Notes: generated by a model not told the origin, from the letters alone. Counted from the first letter of the stretch, positions 36,827 to 51,904 are shown. The stretch: 64,000 nucleotides of DNA from Burkholderiaceae bacterium (GCA_030728985.1 JANQYI010000013.1:43648-107647); one strand, 5' to 3'. A program made the numbers and translations.

Positions 36827-38434
36827 TTACATCCGAAACACGCCAAACCGTGTTTCCGGTATTTCCGCATTCAATGCCGCAGACAGACTTAAACCCAATA
36901 CTCTGCGCGTATCCGCAGGTTGGATCACCCCATCGTCCCAGAGCCTGGCGCTCGCATGAAAAGGATGACCTTCGCGTTCGAACTGCTCCAAGATCGGGGC
37001 TTTAAACGCCTGCTCCTGCTCGGCGGACCATGAGCCACCCTTTGACTCCACGCCCTCTCGCCGAATGGTCGCCAACACGCTCGCGGCTTGCTCACCCCCC
37101 ATCACGGAGATACGCGCGTTTGGCCACATGAAAAGAAATCTTGGCGAATACGCTCGGCCGCACATTCCATAATTGCCTGCGCCAAAAGAGCCTCCGATCA
37201 CGACCGTCAGTTTCGGAACAGCGGCTGTCGCAACGGCCGTCACCAGTTTCGCCCCATGGCGCGCGATGCCTTCATTTTCATATTTACGACCCACCATGAA
37301 TCCAGTGATATTTTGAAGAAATATGAGAGGGATTTTTCTTTGCGCGCAAAGCTCAATGAAATGCGCGCCCTTTTGCGCAGACTCAGAAAACAAAATGCCA
37401 TTATTTGCAATGATGCCGACAGGCAAGCCATACAGGTGCGCAAACCCCGTCACCAAGGTCGTGCCATAGCGGGCTTTAAATTCGTCAAACTCCGAGCCGT
37501 CCACAATCCTCGCAATAATCTCTCGCACATCATAAGATTTACGCGTGTCCATCGGAATGATTCCGTTTAACTCCTCTACATCATACAAAGGTTCACGCGT
37601 GTCACGCTGCACGAGTTGTTGAGGTTTTTGACGATTGAGATGACTGACGGCTTTGCGAGCGAGTTGTAAAGCATGATGATCATTCACCGCTAAATGATCC
37701 GCTACGCCAGATAATCGGGTATGCACATCTCCACCGCCCAGATCTTCTGCCGAGACCTGTTCACCCGTCGCCGCCTTGACCAGTGGAGGTCCGCCTAGAA
37801 AAATCGTTCCTTGTTCTCGAACAATGATGGACTCATCACTCATCGCAGGCACATACGCGCCACCTGCCGTGCACGATCCCATGACAACCGCGATCTGCGC
37901 AATTCCCTGTGCCGACATGTTGGCTTGGTTAAAAAATATCCGTCCAAAGTGCTCTCGATCTGCAAATACTTCTTCTTGCTGTGGCAGATTCGCGCCTCCC
38001 GAGTCCACCAAATAAATACATGGCAGATGATTCTGTGCCGCAATTTCTTGCGCACGCAAATGTTTTTTCACGGTCATCGGATAATAAGTACCGCCCTTGA
38101 CAGTGGCATCATTACAGACGATGACACACTCAATGCCAGAAACTCTTCCTATGCCCGTGATAATGCCTGCGCCAGGCGCCTCATCTTGATACATGCCATA
38201 CGCCGCGAGCGGCGATAGCTCTAGAAAAGGAGTACCAGGATCGAGCAGTTGTTCCACGCGCTCGCGTGGCAACAACTTACCGCGAGCAAGGTGTTTTTGG
38301 CGCGCAGCCTCTGGTCCGCCCTGAGCAATTTTGTCTAGCGCGGCCTTAAGCTCGGCGATTTTGTCCCCCATCGCGCTCGCATTGGTTGCAAACTCGGTCG
38401 AACGACCATTTATTTTCGACTCGATAATCGGCAT
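36827..38434 (-). CDS. liuB: 3-methylcrotonyl-CoA carboxylase beta (carboxyltransferase) subunit
   Basis: [48 protein letters not shown] end. Confidence 0.92.
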   Translation of the reverse strand: MPIIESKINGRSTEFATNASAMGDKIAELKAALDKIAQGGPEAARQKHLARGKLLPRERVEQLLDPGTPFLELSPLAAYGMYQDEAPGAGIITGIGRVSGIECVIVCNDATVKGGTYYPMTVKKHLRAQEIAAQNHLPCIYLVDSGGANLPQQEEVFADREHFGRIFFNQANMSAQGIAQIAVVMGSCTAGGAYVPAMSDESIIVREQGTIFLGGPPLVKAATGEQVSAEDLGGGDVHTRLSGVADHLAVNDHHALQLARKAVSHLNRQKPQQLVQRDTREPLYDVEELNGIIPMDTRKSYDVREIIARIVDGSEFDEFKARYGTTLVTGFAHLYGLPVGIIANNGILFSESAQKGAHFIELCAQRKIPLIFLQNITGFMVGRKYENEGIARHGAKLVTAVATAAVPKLTVVIGGSFGAGNYGMCGRAYSPRFLFMWPNARISVMGGEQAASVLATIRREGVESKGGSWSAEQEQAFKAPILEQFEREGHPFHASARLWDDGVIQPADTRRVLGLSLSAALNAEIPETRFGVFRM

Positions 38435-38453
38435 GACGAAGCTCTCAAAAAAT

Positions 38454-38486
38454 ATACGTTCACATTTACGCTAACCTTAACGTAAA
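38454..38486. promoter_or_regulatory. LiuR-like operator (6-bp periodic ACGT-type repeats)
   Basis: ATACGT-TCACAT-TTACGC-TAACCT-TAACGT-AAA including TTTACG...CGTAAA inverted ends, directly upstream of liuB. Confidence 0.6.
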
Positions 38487-38530
38487 TTATGATGGACCGA
38501 ACAAACCGTCAAGCTTGGAGACAACAAAAC

Positions 38531-39589
38531 ATGAACCCGCTCGAGCATCAACTGCAATATCCCTTTGCAGACACCTTGCCCGAACCAGGCAAAACCATGG
38601 AGCTCGCGCCAGGCGTGCGCTGGATCCGCATGCCTCTGCCTTTCGCGCTTGATCACATCAACCTCTGGCTCTTGCGTGACAAAATCGATGGCACAGATGG
38701 CTGGACAATTGTCGACTGCGGCATCAGTCGCGACGAGGTCAAAGTCCTATGGGAGGAAATTTTCGCCACGCAGCTTGAGGGGCTTCCCGTTCTGCGAATC
38801 ATCGTCACACATATGCATCCAGACCATGTAGGGCTGGCGAGCTGGTTATGCGAGAAATGGCATGCGCCTCTTCATATGAGCATGACGGACTACATGACCG
38901 CCAAGCTTTGGTCGATCGGGCAGGGCACAGGTGCCACAGGCGGTGAAAGCGCAGCGCTTCATCTGGGTCGCCATGGTATGACCGACCCTGAGTCGCTTGC
39001 CCAGATCCGCGCCCGCGCCTCCTACTACCCCAGCCTCGTGCCGAATATGCCAGCCTTCTATGCGCGCATCCTTGACGGGCAGTCGCTCAACATTGGCGGA
39101 TCCGACTGGCAAGCAATTGTGGGATACGGTCACGCACCCGAGCATATCTCCCTGTTCTGTCCAGATAAAAATGTCCTGATATCTGGCGACATGGTGCTCC
39201 CGCGGATTTCAACCAATATCAGCGTGTTTGACTATGAGCCCCTTGGCAATCCATTGCCACTCTATTTAGACTCTCTGGATCACTTCCAACATCTGCCTGC
39301 AGACACGCTGATCTTGCCCTCCCATGGCAAGCCTTTCAAAGGCCTACACGAACGTATCGCTCAACAGCACGAACACCACGCCGACCGACTCGCTGAGGTG
39401 CTCGAAGCCTGTGTCACACCGCAGTCAACCTCCGATATCCTGCCCGTCCTTTTTAAGCGTAAGTTAGACTTACACCAAACTACCTTTGCAATGGGTGAAG
39501 CCATCGCGCACTTGCATGCTCTATATTTCGAGGGCAAGCTCTCGCGTGAACTTTGCCCGGATGGCATTATTCGTTTCGTCAGAACCTAA
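38531..39589 (+). CDS. Metallo-beta-lactamase-fold hydrolase
   Basis: PLPFALDHIN, VDCG, THMHPDH, GHAPEH, SGD, PSHG; GGAG RBS before ATG 38531. Confidence 0.88.
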   Translation: MNPLEHQLQYPFADTLPEPGKTMELAPGVRWIRMPLPFALDHINLWLLRDKIDGTDGWTIVDCGISRDEVKVLWEEIFATQLEGLPVLRIIVTHMHPDHVGLASWLCEKWHAPLHMSMTDYMTAKLWSIGQGTGATGGESAALHLGRHGMTDPESLAQIRARASYYPSLVPNMPAFYARILDGQSLNIGGSDWQAIVGYGHAPEHISLFCPDKNVLISGDMVLPRISTNISVFDYEPLGNPLPLYLDSLDHFQHLPADTLILPSHGKPFKGLHERIAQQHEHHADRLAEVLEACVTPQSTSDILPVLFKRKLDLHQTTFAMGEAIAHLHALYFEGKLSRELCPDGIIRFVRT

Positions 39590-39599
39590 AGGACGCGCC

Positions 39600-40787
39600 T
39601 TGACCACTCATCACCTAGATACCCGACTGCTCCATCTCGGCAGCGCCCCCTTCGATCCCGAGACAGGCACCGCTCCGGTCAGCCTGCCCTCCATGCGCAC
39701 CAGTACCGTCCGCTTTGAAAACCTGGCCGCACTTAATCGAGCGATGACGCGCCGACTGGCCGGTGAGCGCGCCATTACCTACGGTCGCTCAGGGATGGAC
39801 ACGCATCGAGCACTAGAAGATGTGTTTATGCAGCTCGAAGGCGGGAGCTATTGCGTGCTCGCACCCTCCGGTATGGCCGCCATCAATATCGCTTTTCTCG
39901 GCTTACTTCAAACAGGCGACCATGTCTTGGTGGCCGATTGTGTATACGGTCCCGTACGAAACCTTGATCGTGCCCTGCTCAAAGGTTTTGGGATTTCAGT
40001 CACCTACTTTTCCGCCGAACGAGACGATATTGCTCAACTCGTTCAACCCAATACAAAAATGATTTATGTCGAGTCCCCCGGCTCATTGCTTTACGAAATG
40101 CTCGATATGCCCGCGCTGGCCTCACAAGCAAAAACGCACGGCCTCATCCTCGCTACCGACAACACCTGGGGCTCTGGCTACATCTATCGACCACTCATGC
40201 TCGGCGCGGATGTCTCCATCGTGGCCGGTACCAAATACATTGCGGGACACTCTGACGTCATGCTTGGCGCCGTCGTAGTCAAGGATCAAAAGCTTGCCGC
40301 ACGTATCCACTCAGCTCAATACGCAATGGGTAATTCTGTCAGTGCAGATGACGCATGGCTTGCCTTACGTGGCGTAAAAACCATGGCCGTGCGTATGCCT
40401 CAACACGCACGCAATGCGCTCGAAGTCTGCGCGTTTCTTGATGCACAGCCAGAGGTTTTAAACATCTACCACCCCGCGTGGCACAAAGACGGAGGTCATG
40501 CCCTGTGGCAACGAGACTGCACGGGCTCAAACGGCATGCTTTCCATCGAACTCAATTGCACACCAGAGGCCGCCAAACCTTTCGTCGACGCACTCGAGCT
40601 GTTTGGTATCGGTTTTTCCTGGGGCGGCTATGAAAGTCTCGTGCAATGGGTCGAACCAGGCAGCCTATCCTCGCATCAGTACTGGAAACACCACGAACAC
40701 GCACTCATTCGTTTGCATATCGGTCTCGAATCTGTCGATGATTTAACCGCCGATTTGAAACAAGCCTTGACGAAAATCAAAAAGTAA
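39600..40787 (+). CDS. metC: Cystathionine beta-lyase (Cys/Met metabolism PLP enzyme)
   Basis: YGRSG, PSGMAAI, ESPGS, DNTW, AGTKYIAGHSD PLP-Lys, GFSWGGYESL, RLHIGLE; TTG start 39600 after AGGA. Confidence 0.85.
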   Translation: MTTHHLDTRLLHLGSAPFDPETGTAPVSLPSMRTSTVRFENLAALNRAMTRRLAGERAITYGRSGMDTHRALEDVFMQLEGGSYCVLAPSGMAAINIAFLGLLQTGDHVLVADCVYGPVRNLDRALLKGFGISVTYFSAERDDIAQLVQPNTKMIYVESPGSLLYEMLDMPALASQAKTHGLILATDNTWGSGYIYRPLMLGADVSIVAGTKYIAGHSDVMLGAVVVKDQKLAARIHSAQYAMGNSVSADDAWLALRGVKTMAVRMPQHARNALEVCAFLDAQPEVLNIYHPAWHKDGGHALWQRDCTGSNGMLSIELNCTPEAAKPFVDALELFGIGFSWGGYESLVQWVEPGSLSSHQYWKHHEHALIRLHIGLESVDDLTADLKQALTKIKK

Positions 40788-40800
40788 CAGGAGAATTTAT

Positions 40801-41103
40801 ATGTCTAAAGACAAAGGCTATATCTTTGTAGAGCTTGACGTCCATGACATGGACAACTTCAAGGCGCATTATCAACCTCGCTCCACCGCAGCGGTGGCTG
40901 CATTTAATGGTCGCTTTGTCATGCGAGGCGGTGAAGTTACTGTCAAAAACGGCCCCGAGGACTCCCGTCGGCGCGTCTTGCTGGAATTTGACCGCTACGA
41001 AGACGCCCTCGCATTCTACGACTCAGCGCTCTACCAAGAGGCCAAGCTTCATCGGGACAAGTACTCACACGTGCACACGTTCTACATCATGCGAGGAACG
41101 TAA
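40801..41103 (+). CDS. DUF1330-family protein
   Basis: GYIFVELDV...FNGRFVMRGG...VLLEF...AFYDSALYQ; AGGAG RBS. Confidence 0.82.
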   Translation: MSKDKGYIFVELDVHDMDNFKAHYQPRSTAAVAAFNGRFVMRGGEVTVKNGPEDSRRRVLLEFDRYEDALAFYDSALYQEAKLHRDKYSHVHTFYIMRGT

Positions 41104-41134
41104 AAAGAAGCTGTGGATGCAGCGACCTTACTCC

Positions 41135-41773
41135 TTATTTGCCCCGAACCTGGCGAATCAAGTCGCCTGCCACATCCAGAGTCTGCTGATAACCCCCCGC
41201 TTCGGCGGGCGAAGTCACAAAGCGTCCACCTACGGCAACGCTAGGCGTACCCTGAATTCGATATGCGGTGACGAGCTGATCCGCCCGGGTCGCCTTTGAC
41301 GAAACGCCAAACGACTCATACACGGCATCAAACTTCTCGGCATCTACACCTTGCGTCGCAATCCAACTCTTGATTTCAGCCTTGGAGAACAAGCGCTTCT
41401 TTTCCTGATGAATCGCCTTAAACACTTTAGGATGCAAGTCCAGACGATTTAATGCTTCAAGCGCGTAATACAAGCGCTGCAAAGGCTTCATCCCGGCATT
41501 AAACGCAACCGGAACGCCACGCACAACCACATCCGCAGGTAACGTCTTGGTCCACTTCACCAGCAAGGGTTCGATCGCAGCACAATGACCGCATCCATAA
41601 GAGAAGAAATCAAGGACCTCGGTTTTACCAGGCTCGGTCACCTGTGCGGGCGTCAATTCAATAAATCTGCCCTTCGCTGGAGCTGCGCCTTGCGCAAGAC
41701 TACCCGCTGAAAACAACATGAAGGATACTGCCAATAACATTACCGCTAAACGAGAATACGTAGTTTGTGTCAT
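41135..41773 (-). CDS. dsbA: Thiol:disulfide interchange protein DsbA
   Basis: Signal peptide; FFSYGCGHC; GTP cis-Pro; downstream of SPOR and argS. Confidence 0.9.
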   Translation of the reverse strand: MTQTTYSRLAVMLLAVSFMLFSAGSLAQGAAPAKGRFIELTPAQVTEPGKTEVLDFFSYGCGHCAAIEPLLVKWTKTLPADVVVRGVPVAFNAGMKPLQRLYYALEALNRLDLHPKVFKAIHQEKKRLFSKAEIKSWIATQGVDAEKFDAVYESFGVSSKATRADQLVTAYRIQGTPSVAVGGRFVTSPAEAGGYQQTLDVAGDLIRQVRGK

Positions 41774-41801
41774 AGCAATTTGTCCTAAGTAACCAAATAA
41801 T

Positions 41802-42482
41802 TTACTGCCGCACGACTGCGGTCGGGATTTTTTCTTGACCTAGGCGGGTCCGCGTCTGATTCATGTCGTCAATTTTTGTGAATGGTCCAACGCGGACACG
41901 ATTCACCTGCAAGCCATTGACTTCAGCGCGCTGTATTTCGGCGGGCATACCCATCAAGATGATTTTGGCACGTAAGGCTTCTGCATCCTCTAGCACTCTG
42001 AAAGAGCCCACCTGCAAATAATAAGGTCCACTCGCTTTGGGCTGCGTTGTGGCATTGCCCGCCGCGGACGTATTTGCAGGAGGTGAGGTTGTTGATGGCG
42101 TGGTTTGTGAAGCTCGCGGTGGGGCATTCGGTGCGGGAGTCAGGGTGGCGATCAATGAACCCAAAGTATCCCCACCTTGCCGCGAGGCCTCTGTTGCGCC
42201 TTGACCCTTGCCAGAAAGTCCGGCCTGCCCGGTTGGTTGATCAGGTGCGCTTGGCGCCGTCACCGCTCCAACATCTCGTCCACTCAAGGCCGCATTCGGA
42301 TCAGGAGCATTTCTAGGGTCAGGCGCGCCCGGTGCATCGGGTGATCGGCTGGCTTTATCCATAAAAGGCATCGGTGCTTTAAGAACATAAAAAGCCACGC
42401 CTGCAGCGAGCCCCAGGCCAATTAACAGACCTGCAAGCACGCCATACATCGTGCTACCGCCGGAGGATTTACGTTTCACCAT
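41802..42482 (-). CDS. SPOR-domain cell division protein (FtsN-like)
   Basis: N-terminal TM, Pro/Thr linker, YYLQVGSF...RVRVGPF SPOR domain. Confidence 0.88.
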   Translation of the reverse strand: MVKRKSSGGSTMYGVLAGLLIGLGLAAGVAFYVLKAPMPFMDKASRSPDAPGAPDPRNAPDPNAALSGRDVGAVTAPSAPDQPTGQAGLSGKGQGATEASRQGGDTLGSLIATLTPAPNAPPRASQTTPSTTSPPANTSAAGNATTQPKASGPYYLQVGSFRVLEDAEALRAKIILMGMPAEIQRAEVNGLQVNRVRVGPFTKIDDMNQTRTRLGQEKIPTAVVRQ

Positions 42483-42491
42483 ATCAAGATC

Positions 42492-44177
42492 TTACATCCG
42501 TTCCGGCGCCGAAACACCTAAAAGCTCGAGACCATTGGCAATCACCTGACGCGTCGCATCAGCCAAGCGTAAGCGAGCATGCTTGAGGGCGTTGTCATCC
42601 ACTAAGACTCGCTCTGCGTTGTACCAAGCATGAAAGTCAGAGGCGCAATCACGTAGCCAAAAGGCCACCAAGTGAGGTGATAGCTCGGTCGCCGCCTGGG
42701 TCACCAAGGCAGGAAACTCCGCCAAACGCTGCATAAGCGCCTGTTCTGAGGGTGCGATTAACAACTCAGGTAAAGCAGCATGCAGCTCAAGCGAACTTAA
42801 GCCTGCCGTCGCCAGCATCGAGCAAATTCGCGCATGCGCATACTGAATGTAATACACCGGATTTTCTTCACTCTGTGAACGCGCTAAATCCACATCAAAA
42901 ACAAATTCAGTATCCGCGCGACGCTGAATCAAAAAGAAGCGTACCGCATCACGTCCAACCCACTCAATCAAGTCCCGCAAGGTCACATAGCTTCCCGCGC
43001 GCTTGGAAATTTTTACCTCTTCTCCGCCCCGCACCACCTTGACCATTTTGTGCAAAATGTAAGAAGGATAGTCAGCGGGAACTCCCATCGACAAGGCTTG
43101 TAAGCCTGCGCGAACGCGTGCAACCGTTCCGTGATGGTCGCTACCCTGGATATTGATCGCACGCGTAAAGCCGCGCTGCCATTTTGTGACGTGATACGCC
43201 ACATCCGGGACAAAATAGGTATAGCCCCCTTCTGATTTGCGCATGACACGGTCTTTGTCATCACCCGTTCCGAGCTCAGTCGTGCGCAACCATAACGCAC
43301 CTTCACTTTCATACGTATGACCACTTGCAATCAACTGATTCACCGTATCCTCGACACGGCCCGAGGTGTAGAGAGAACTCTCAAGATAGTAATGATCGAA
43401 CGCCAGGCCAAAGGCCTGCAAGTCCAGATCCTGCTCGCGTCGCAAATAGGTCACGGCAAAACGGCGAATATTGTCGAGATCTCTCAAATCGCCATTCGCC
43501 AAAACAGGTTCGCCATCACTGGCACTCACCGTGGCCTTGGCGACAAAATCTCGCGCGACATCCGCAATGTAATCACCGCGATAACCGTCCGCGGGATATT
43601 GCGCCGTATCTGGTTCGATACCCCGACCCCGCGCCTGCACGCTAATCGCAAGATTTTGGATCTGATTGCCTGCGTCGTTGTAATAAAACTCTCGGCTGAC
43701 CTCAAAACCACTGGCATCAAACAGGCGACACAGCGCATCACCCAAGGCTGCCTGCCGCGCATGACCGACATGCAAAGGTCCCGTCGGATTTGCCGACACA
43801 AACTCCACTAATACTTTTTGTGCCTTGCGTGGAGCCCGACCAAATGCTTGGCCTTGCTGAGTAATCGATGCCATGACTGCGGTGCGTGCGGCGTGCGTCA
43901 GACGAAAGTTTATAAATCCAGGGCCCGCCAGCTCAGCCTGGTCAATCAGGCTACGCGCTAACGGGTCATCCATCAACGCATCAAGGATCATTTGAGCGAG
44001 TTCGCGCGGATTTCGTTTCGCGGGTTTAGCCAATTGCATAGCGACGTTTGTCGCCAAGTCACCATGCGCTGCAACCTTGGGGCGTTCGAGCAAAATTATC
44101 GGGGTTGCATCGGGCAAGACTGCGGCTACAGCAGCCTGGATACAGGAAATAAGTGTGTTTTGTTGCTCAAGGAGCAT
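42492..44177 (-). CDS. argS: Arginine--tRNA ligase
   Basis: [46 protein letters not shown]. Confidence 0.97.
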   Translation of the reverse strand: MLLEQQNTLISCIQAAVAAVLPDATPIILLERPKVAAHGDLATNVAMQLAKPAKRNPRELAQMILDALMDDPLARSLIDQAELAGPGFINFRLTHAARTAVMASITQQGQAFGRAPRKAQKVLVEFVSANPTGPLHVGHARQAALGDALCRLFDASGFEVSREFYYNDAGNQIQNLAISVQARGRGIEPDTAQYPADGYRGDYIADVARDFVAKATVSASDGEPVLANGDLRDLDNIRRFAVTYLRREQDLDLQAFGLAFDHYYLESSLYTSGRVEDTVNQLIASGHTYESEGALWLRTTELGTGDDKDRVMRKSEGGYTYFVPDVAYHVTKWQRGFTRAINIQGSDHHGTVARVRAGLQALSMGVPADYPSYILHKMVKVVRGGEEVKISKRAGSYVTLRDLIEWVGRDAVRFFLIQRRADTEFVFDVDLARSQSEENPVYYIQYAHARICSMLATAGLSSLELHAALPELLIAPSEQALMQRLAEFPALVTQAATELSPHLVAFWLRDCASDFHAWYNAERVLVDDNALKHARLRLADATRQVIANGLELLGVSAPERM

Positions 44178-44329
44178 GGGCGTGAACAATAACAATAAGA
44201 AGACTTAAATCATAGCCTGAATTAGGCGCGGACCCGCGATCCAACCCTCCGGAGTTCGCGCAGCACGGGTCGCTTAAGGGGTACTATGGGCACGAACACT
44301 CCACTGAGCGATCAACTAGGGAGGCCCTT

Positions 44330-44671
44330 ATGCTCGTAACCTTTAGTAGCAAAGCCGGTGCGGATATTTTAATGCTGGCCCAACACGCCAAACCTCTTCT
44401 GGTGATCATTGGCAAAACCGATGACAAAGACTTGCTCAAACGCGGTGTTTTTATGCCCGAGCAACTTGACGCGTCCATCCTGCGACTCGAACAGGCTATC
44501 GCGGCAGAGCCCAGACAGAACCACGAGGACGAACAGGACAGCGATTTGCCCAAAGACGCTCTGACCATGCCCGTTGGCCTGAGACAGCGCTCTTTTCCTC
44601 TCTTAGACTTGCTCAAACGCGCACAAGCTCAGCAAGTACCCGTCATATGGGAAGCAGGCTCAGGCTGGTAA
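44330..44671 (+). CDS. DUF1840-family protein
   Basis: MLVTFSSKAGADILM...GK...VGLRQRSFPL...VIW; GGAGG RBS. Confidence 0.82.
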   Translation: MLVTFSSKAGADILMLAQHAKPLLVIIGKTDDKDLLKRGVFMPEQLDASILRLEQAIAAEPRQNHEDEQDSDLPKDALTMPVGLRQRSFPLLDLLKRAQAQQVPVIWEAGSGW

Positions 44672-44682
44672 ATACCCATAGC

Positions 44683-45837
44683 CTAATAGGCGCGCTCAAA
44701 CAACGCATTAAAGTCTGCAGCCGTCGTATGCCGTGGGTTCCAGCGATTGTAATTTGCTGCCAGACATTGCTCAGACATTTCAGCAAACGTGTCTGGCGTC
44801 GCACCTACATCTCGCAAGCGAGCAGGTATGCCTAGATCCGCACACAGTTGGCGAATCGCCTCAACAGCGGCCTGAGCCCCGTCCAGCACGGGTTCGCGCT
44901 CAACTGGACGACCCATAGCAATCGCCACGCGTGCAAATTTTTCAGGACATGCCGACAGATTAAACTGAGCCACGTGGGGCAAGCACACTGCATTAGATAA
45001 GCCATGAGATAAATGAAACCGTGCACCCACAAATCGGGCCATGCAATGCACGTTACCCAGGCCCGTTTGTCCAAACGTAATGCCTGCAAGGGCTGAGCCC
45101 ACCAACATATTCAGTCCCGCTCCGAGGTTTTCGCGATTGGCGACAAACTGCCGAATATTGCCCGAAAGCAACTCGATCGCCTGCAAGTTAATCGCATCCG
45201 TCATCAGATTGGATTGTCGCGAAACATAGGATTCGAAGGCATGGACAAACGCATCAATGCCTGAGTGCGCAGCCACATGTCCTGGAACAGTCCGCAGCGC
45301 TAACGGATCCAAAATAGCGAATGCGGCGGGATTCAGTGAAGCGTGCCGTATCGACATCTTGAGATTTTTTTCGGTGTCAGAAATCACACAAGAGCCCGAA
45401 ACCTCAGAACCTGTTCCCGCAGTCGTGGGAATAGCGATTAAAGGAAGAGGCGCGCGAGCAAATTTTTCAATGCCTTCATAGTCGTGGATCCGACCGCCAT
45501 TCGTTGCCAAAATTCCAACTGCCTTCGCGACATCGATTGTGCTACCCCCACCGATCGCCAACAGTACGGTGGCCTTGTGCCCTTGGCAGACCGCATACGC
45601 TTTTTCTACGGTGTACGCACTCGGATCAGGCTCAATTTCCGTATAGGTGGCAATCTCGACTCCCTCAGTCGAAAGCAACTGTTTGATTTGAGCAAAGAAA
45701 TGACTCTCAACTAACGCACCATCCAATGCAATAAACAAACGCTTGCATTGAAGTTTGCGGACGATTTCAGAGATTTTTTGATAAGATCCCTCGCCCATAT
45801 AGATCGTCGTGGGACACAAAAAACTTGAAATCGTCAT
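44683..45837 (-). CDS. Iron-containing alcohol dehydrogenase
   Basis: GGGSTIDVAK, PTTAGTGSEV, DAFVHAFE, H...HG metal ligands. Confidence 0.92.
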   Translation of the reverse strand: MTISSFLCPTTIYMGEGSYQKISEIVRKLQCKRLFIALDGALVESHFFAQIKQLLSTEGVEIATYTEIEPDPSAYTVEKAYAVCQGHKATVLLAIGGGSTIDVAKAVGILATNGGRIHDYEGIEKFARAPLPLIAIPTTAGTGSEVSGSCVISDTEKNLKMSIRHASLNPAAFAILDPLALRTVPGHVAAHSGIDAFVHAFESYVSRQSNLMTDAINLQAIELLSGNIRQFVANRENLGAGLNMLVGSALAGITFGQTGLGNVHCMARFVGARFHLSHGLSNAVCLPHVAQFNLSACPEKFARVAIAMGRPVEREPVLDGAQAAVEAIRQLCADLGIPARLRDVGATPDTFAEMSEQCLAANYNRWNPRHTTAADFNALFERAY

Positions 45838-45857
45838 CGCCTAACCTTATTTATTTG

Positions 45858-49435
<3,578 letters not shown>

Positions 49436-49438
49436 GAA

Positions 49439-50872
49439 TTATCCCTTTAGAGTTTGTTCGAGCACATGCAGCGTATGATTAAGGTCTGCTTGTTTTGCAC
49501 GCAAGTCGGTAATTTTTCTAACCGCGTGTAAAACTGTTGTGTGATCCCGCCCACCAAACATATCTCCAATATCTGGCAAGCTTTTTTGCGTCAGTTCTTT
49601 TGCAAGGTACATCGCAACCTGCCGCGGCATTGCAATGTTGGCAGGTCGACGTTTCGAATACATGTCGGCCACCTTAATTTTGTAGAAATCAGCGACTGTT
49701 TTCTGAATGTTTTCCACCGTGACCTGTCCGCTGGAGACGGACAGCAAGTCTTTCAAGGCATCTTTACAAATATCGACATTTGCGACATCGCGGCCATGAA
49801 ACCTTGCGTATGCCACGACTTTTTTTAGTGCGCCTTCTAGCTCTCTGACGTTGCTTCTCAGGTGTTTTGCAATGAAAAAGGCGACTTCTTCAGGCATGGT
49901 AAGCCCTTCTTGCTCGGCTTTTCGCAACAATATAGCGACCCGCATTTCAAGCTCAGGTGGCTCAATCGCTACCGTTAAGCCTGAATCAAACCTCGATATC
50001 AACCGACTATCGATACCCGCCAGTTCTTTTGGGTAAGTATCACTTGTAATAATGATCTGTTTTCGTTGGGCGACCATCGCCTCAAATGCATAAAAGAATT
50101 CTTCTTGTGTTCGATTTTTTCCTGAAAAAAACTGAATATCATCGATCAGCAGAAGATCTAAAGAATGGTAATAACGTTTGAAGTCATCAAACGCCTTGCG
50201 TTGATAGGCTTTTACAACGTCCGATACGTATTGGTCCGCGTGAACATACCGCACTCTCACACCCTGGCCTGCCGTGACCATTGCATTTCCAATTGCGTGA
50301 ATGAGGTGCGTTTTCCCAAGTCCTACACCACCATATAAAAACAGTGGGTTGTAAGAAGTTCCGGGATTTTCAGCGACTTGAATCGCGGCGGCACGGGCAA
50401 GTTGATTCGCCTTACCCGTTACAAAATTATCAAAGGTCAAATCCACATTTAGTCTGGATTTATCGTCAACAGCCGTGTTGACCACTGCCGCGCGTATTGG
50501 TTCGCGCGTCGCATCCGTGATCTGAGTGTCTTGTAACTTCTCACTCAGCATGGGGGCAACTTGATCGGAAGTGTGCGTGTTCTGGACTGCCCTCAATCCA
50601 CGAGTTTGCTCGTTCGCTTGTATTGATAATTCAAACATCACCTGTACTGGTTTTTCAAACCACTTCGAGGCGAACGCTTCTATTTGTTGTGAGAAGTTTT
50701 TCCTTACCCATTCCAGTTTAAATCTGTTTGGCGCAGACACGCGCAGCAACGCCTTTGTTTCATCAAAGGCGAGGGGAACCAGTGGACGTATCCATGCACT
50801 GATTTGCTGAGGGGGAAAGTCCTGCTCTAAATGAGCGACGCAGGATTGCCAAAACTCGTTCATGTGACTCAC
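49439..50872 (-). CDS. dnaA: Chromosomal replication initiator DnaA
   Basis: [43 protein letters not shown]; start may be 50863. Confidence 0.98.
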   Translation of the reverse strand: MSHMNEFWQSCVAHLEQDFPPQQISAWIRPLVPLAFDETKALLRVSAPNRFKLEWVRKNFSQQIEAFASKWFEKPVQVMFELSIQANEQTRGLRAVQNTHTSDQVAPMLSEKLQDTQITDATREPIRAAVVNTAVDDKSRLNVDLTFDNFVTGKANQLARAAAIQVAENPGTSYNPLFLYGGVGLGKTHLIHAIGNAMVTAGQGVRVRYVHADQYVSDVVKAYQRKAFDDFKRYYHSLDLLLIDDIQFFSGKNRTQEEFFYAFEAMVAQRKQIIITSDTYPKELAGIDSRLISRFDSGLTVAIEPPELEMRVAILLRKAEQEGLTMPEEVAFFIAKHLRSNVRELEGALKKVVAYARFHGRDVANVDICKDALKDLLSVSSGQVTVENIQKTVADFYKIKVADMYSKRRPANIAMPRQVAMYLAKELTQKSLPDIGDMFGGRDHTTVLHAVRKITDLRAKQADLNHTLHVLEQTLKG

Positions 50873-50908
50873 TAATCAAACCTCGATTCTACCCTGTCAA
50901 CGCTTAGG

Positions 50909-50917
50909 TTATCCACA
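50909..50917 (+). promoter_or_regulatory. Perfect DnaA box in dnaA promoter region (autoregulation)
   Basis: TTATCCACA between dnaA and rpmH. Confidence 0.8.
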
Positions 50918-51040
50918 GGATCCTTTCGTATTTGTACGGGTTGTCAGATGTAAACGTTTGACTTATTTCGAGTTTTTTGATGAAATGGAGGGCTTTCCCA
51001 GATATTCTTAAACTTTTCGCTCTTTGTTGGGCCTTTAATC

Positions 51041-51175
51041 ATGAAACGTACCTACCAACCCTCCGTCACCCGCCGCAAGCGCACGCACGGTTTTCGTGTT
51101 CGTATGAAAACTCGGGGTGGCCGCGCTGTCATCAACGCTCGCCGCGCCAAAGGCCGCAAGCGTTTAGCCGTCTAA
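51041..51175 (+). CDS. rpmH: 50S ribosomal protein L34
   Basis: Manual translation [44 protein letters not shown]; below ORF-track length cutoff. Confidence 0.97.
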   Translation: MKRTYQPSVTRRKRTHGFRVRMKTRGGRAVINARRAKGRKRLAV

Positions 51176-51233
51176 ATCGGCTAGTTGTGAGGGCTTGGTC
51201 ACACCGACTTTACCCTTGCTTCTTCGCATTGTG

Positions 51234-51617
51234 ATGTCTCGCGCCACGTTTCCCGCGGCGGCGCGCTTGCACCGCCCCACCGAATTTACTGCGGCTCTTT
51301 CGGGTCGTCGCATCGCCCGTGGGGCGCTTTTCGTAGTAACTGCTCACTCACGCGCGGCCCATGATACAACCTCAACCCTAGACCCGCAATGTGCTCGTCT
51401 TGGACTTATCATGGCAAAGCGTTTTGCTCACCACGCATCCACACGAAACACGCTTAAACGGGTTGTTCGAGAGGCTTTTCGTCTCAAACGACTGAGTCTA
51501 CCCCCTTTCGATTTCGTTGTTCGACTGCATAAACGTATTTCGGAAATGTCCCTGACGGAAATTAAAACAGCCGCTCGCAAAGAAGCCGATGCACATTTTT
51601 TACGGGCTCAACAATGA
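51234..51617 (+). CDS. rnpA: Ribonuclease P protein component
   Basis: RLGLIMAKR...[21 protein letters not shown]; position after rpmH. Confidence 0.92.
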   Translation: MSRATFPAAARLHRPTEFTAALSGRRIARGALFVVTAHSRAAHDTTSTLDPQCARLGLIMAKRFAHHASTRNTLKRVVREAFRLKRLSLPPFDFVVRLHKRISEMSLTEIKTAARKEADAHFLRAQQ

Positions 51618-51904
51618 TGCACGTATTAAAAGTTATCTTAATTGCGCCTATCAAAGCGTACCAATATTTACTTAGCCCCTGGCTTGGCCATTGGTGCAGG
51701 TTTACCCCTAGCTGTTCTCATTACGCCATTGAAGCCATTACTCACAGGGGCCCGATTATCGGTTTGTTTCTGGCTTTCAAACGCGTTTCTCGCTGTCATC
51801 CTTGGTGTCAGGGCGGTCACGATCCCGTTCCTCAATCAAGATCTGCTACAAACTCTCTCACTCATGTCGATTCGGCATCTCAACACCGCAACCACGCTGA
51901 TTAA
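51614..51904 (+). CDS. yidD: Membrane protein insertion efficiency factor YidD
   Basis: [32 protein letters not shown]. Confidence 0.93.
   Translation: MMHVLKVILIAPIKAYQYLLSPWLGHWCRFTPSCSHYAIEAITHRGPIIGLFLAFKRVSRCHPWCQGGHDPVPQSRSATNSLTHVDSASQHRNHAD

Noticed and set aside
50873-51040. dnaA-rpmH gap as the main oriC
   Set aside because: Only one clear DnaA box and a short gap; the 55067-55450 region has multiple boxes, an IHF site and an AT-rich tract
50977-51234. 85-aa ORF in the dnaA-rnpA gap
   Set aside because: Out-of-frame overlap of the real rpmH gene (51041-51175)
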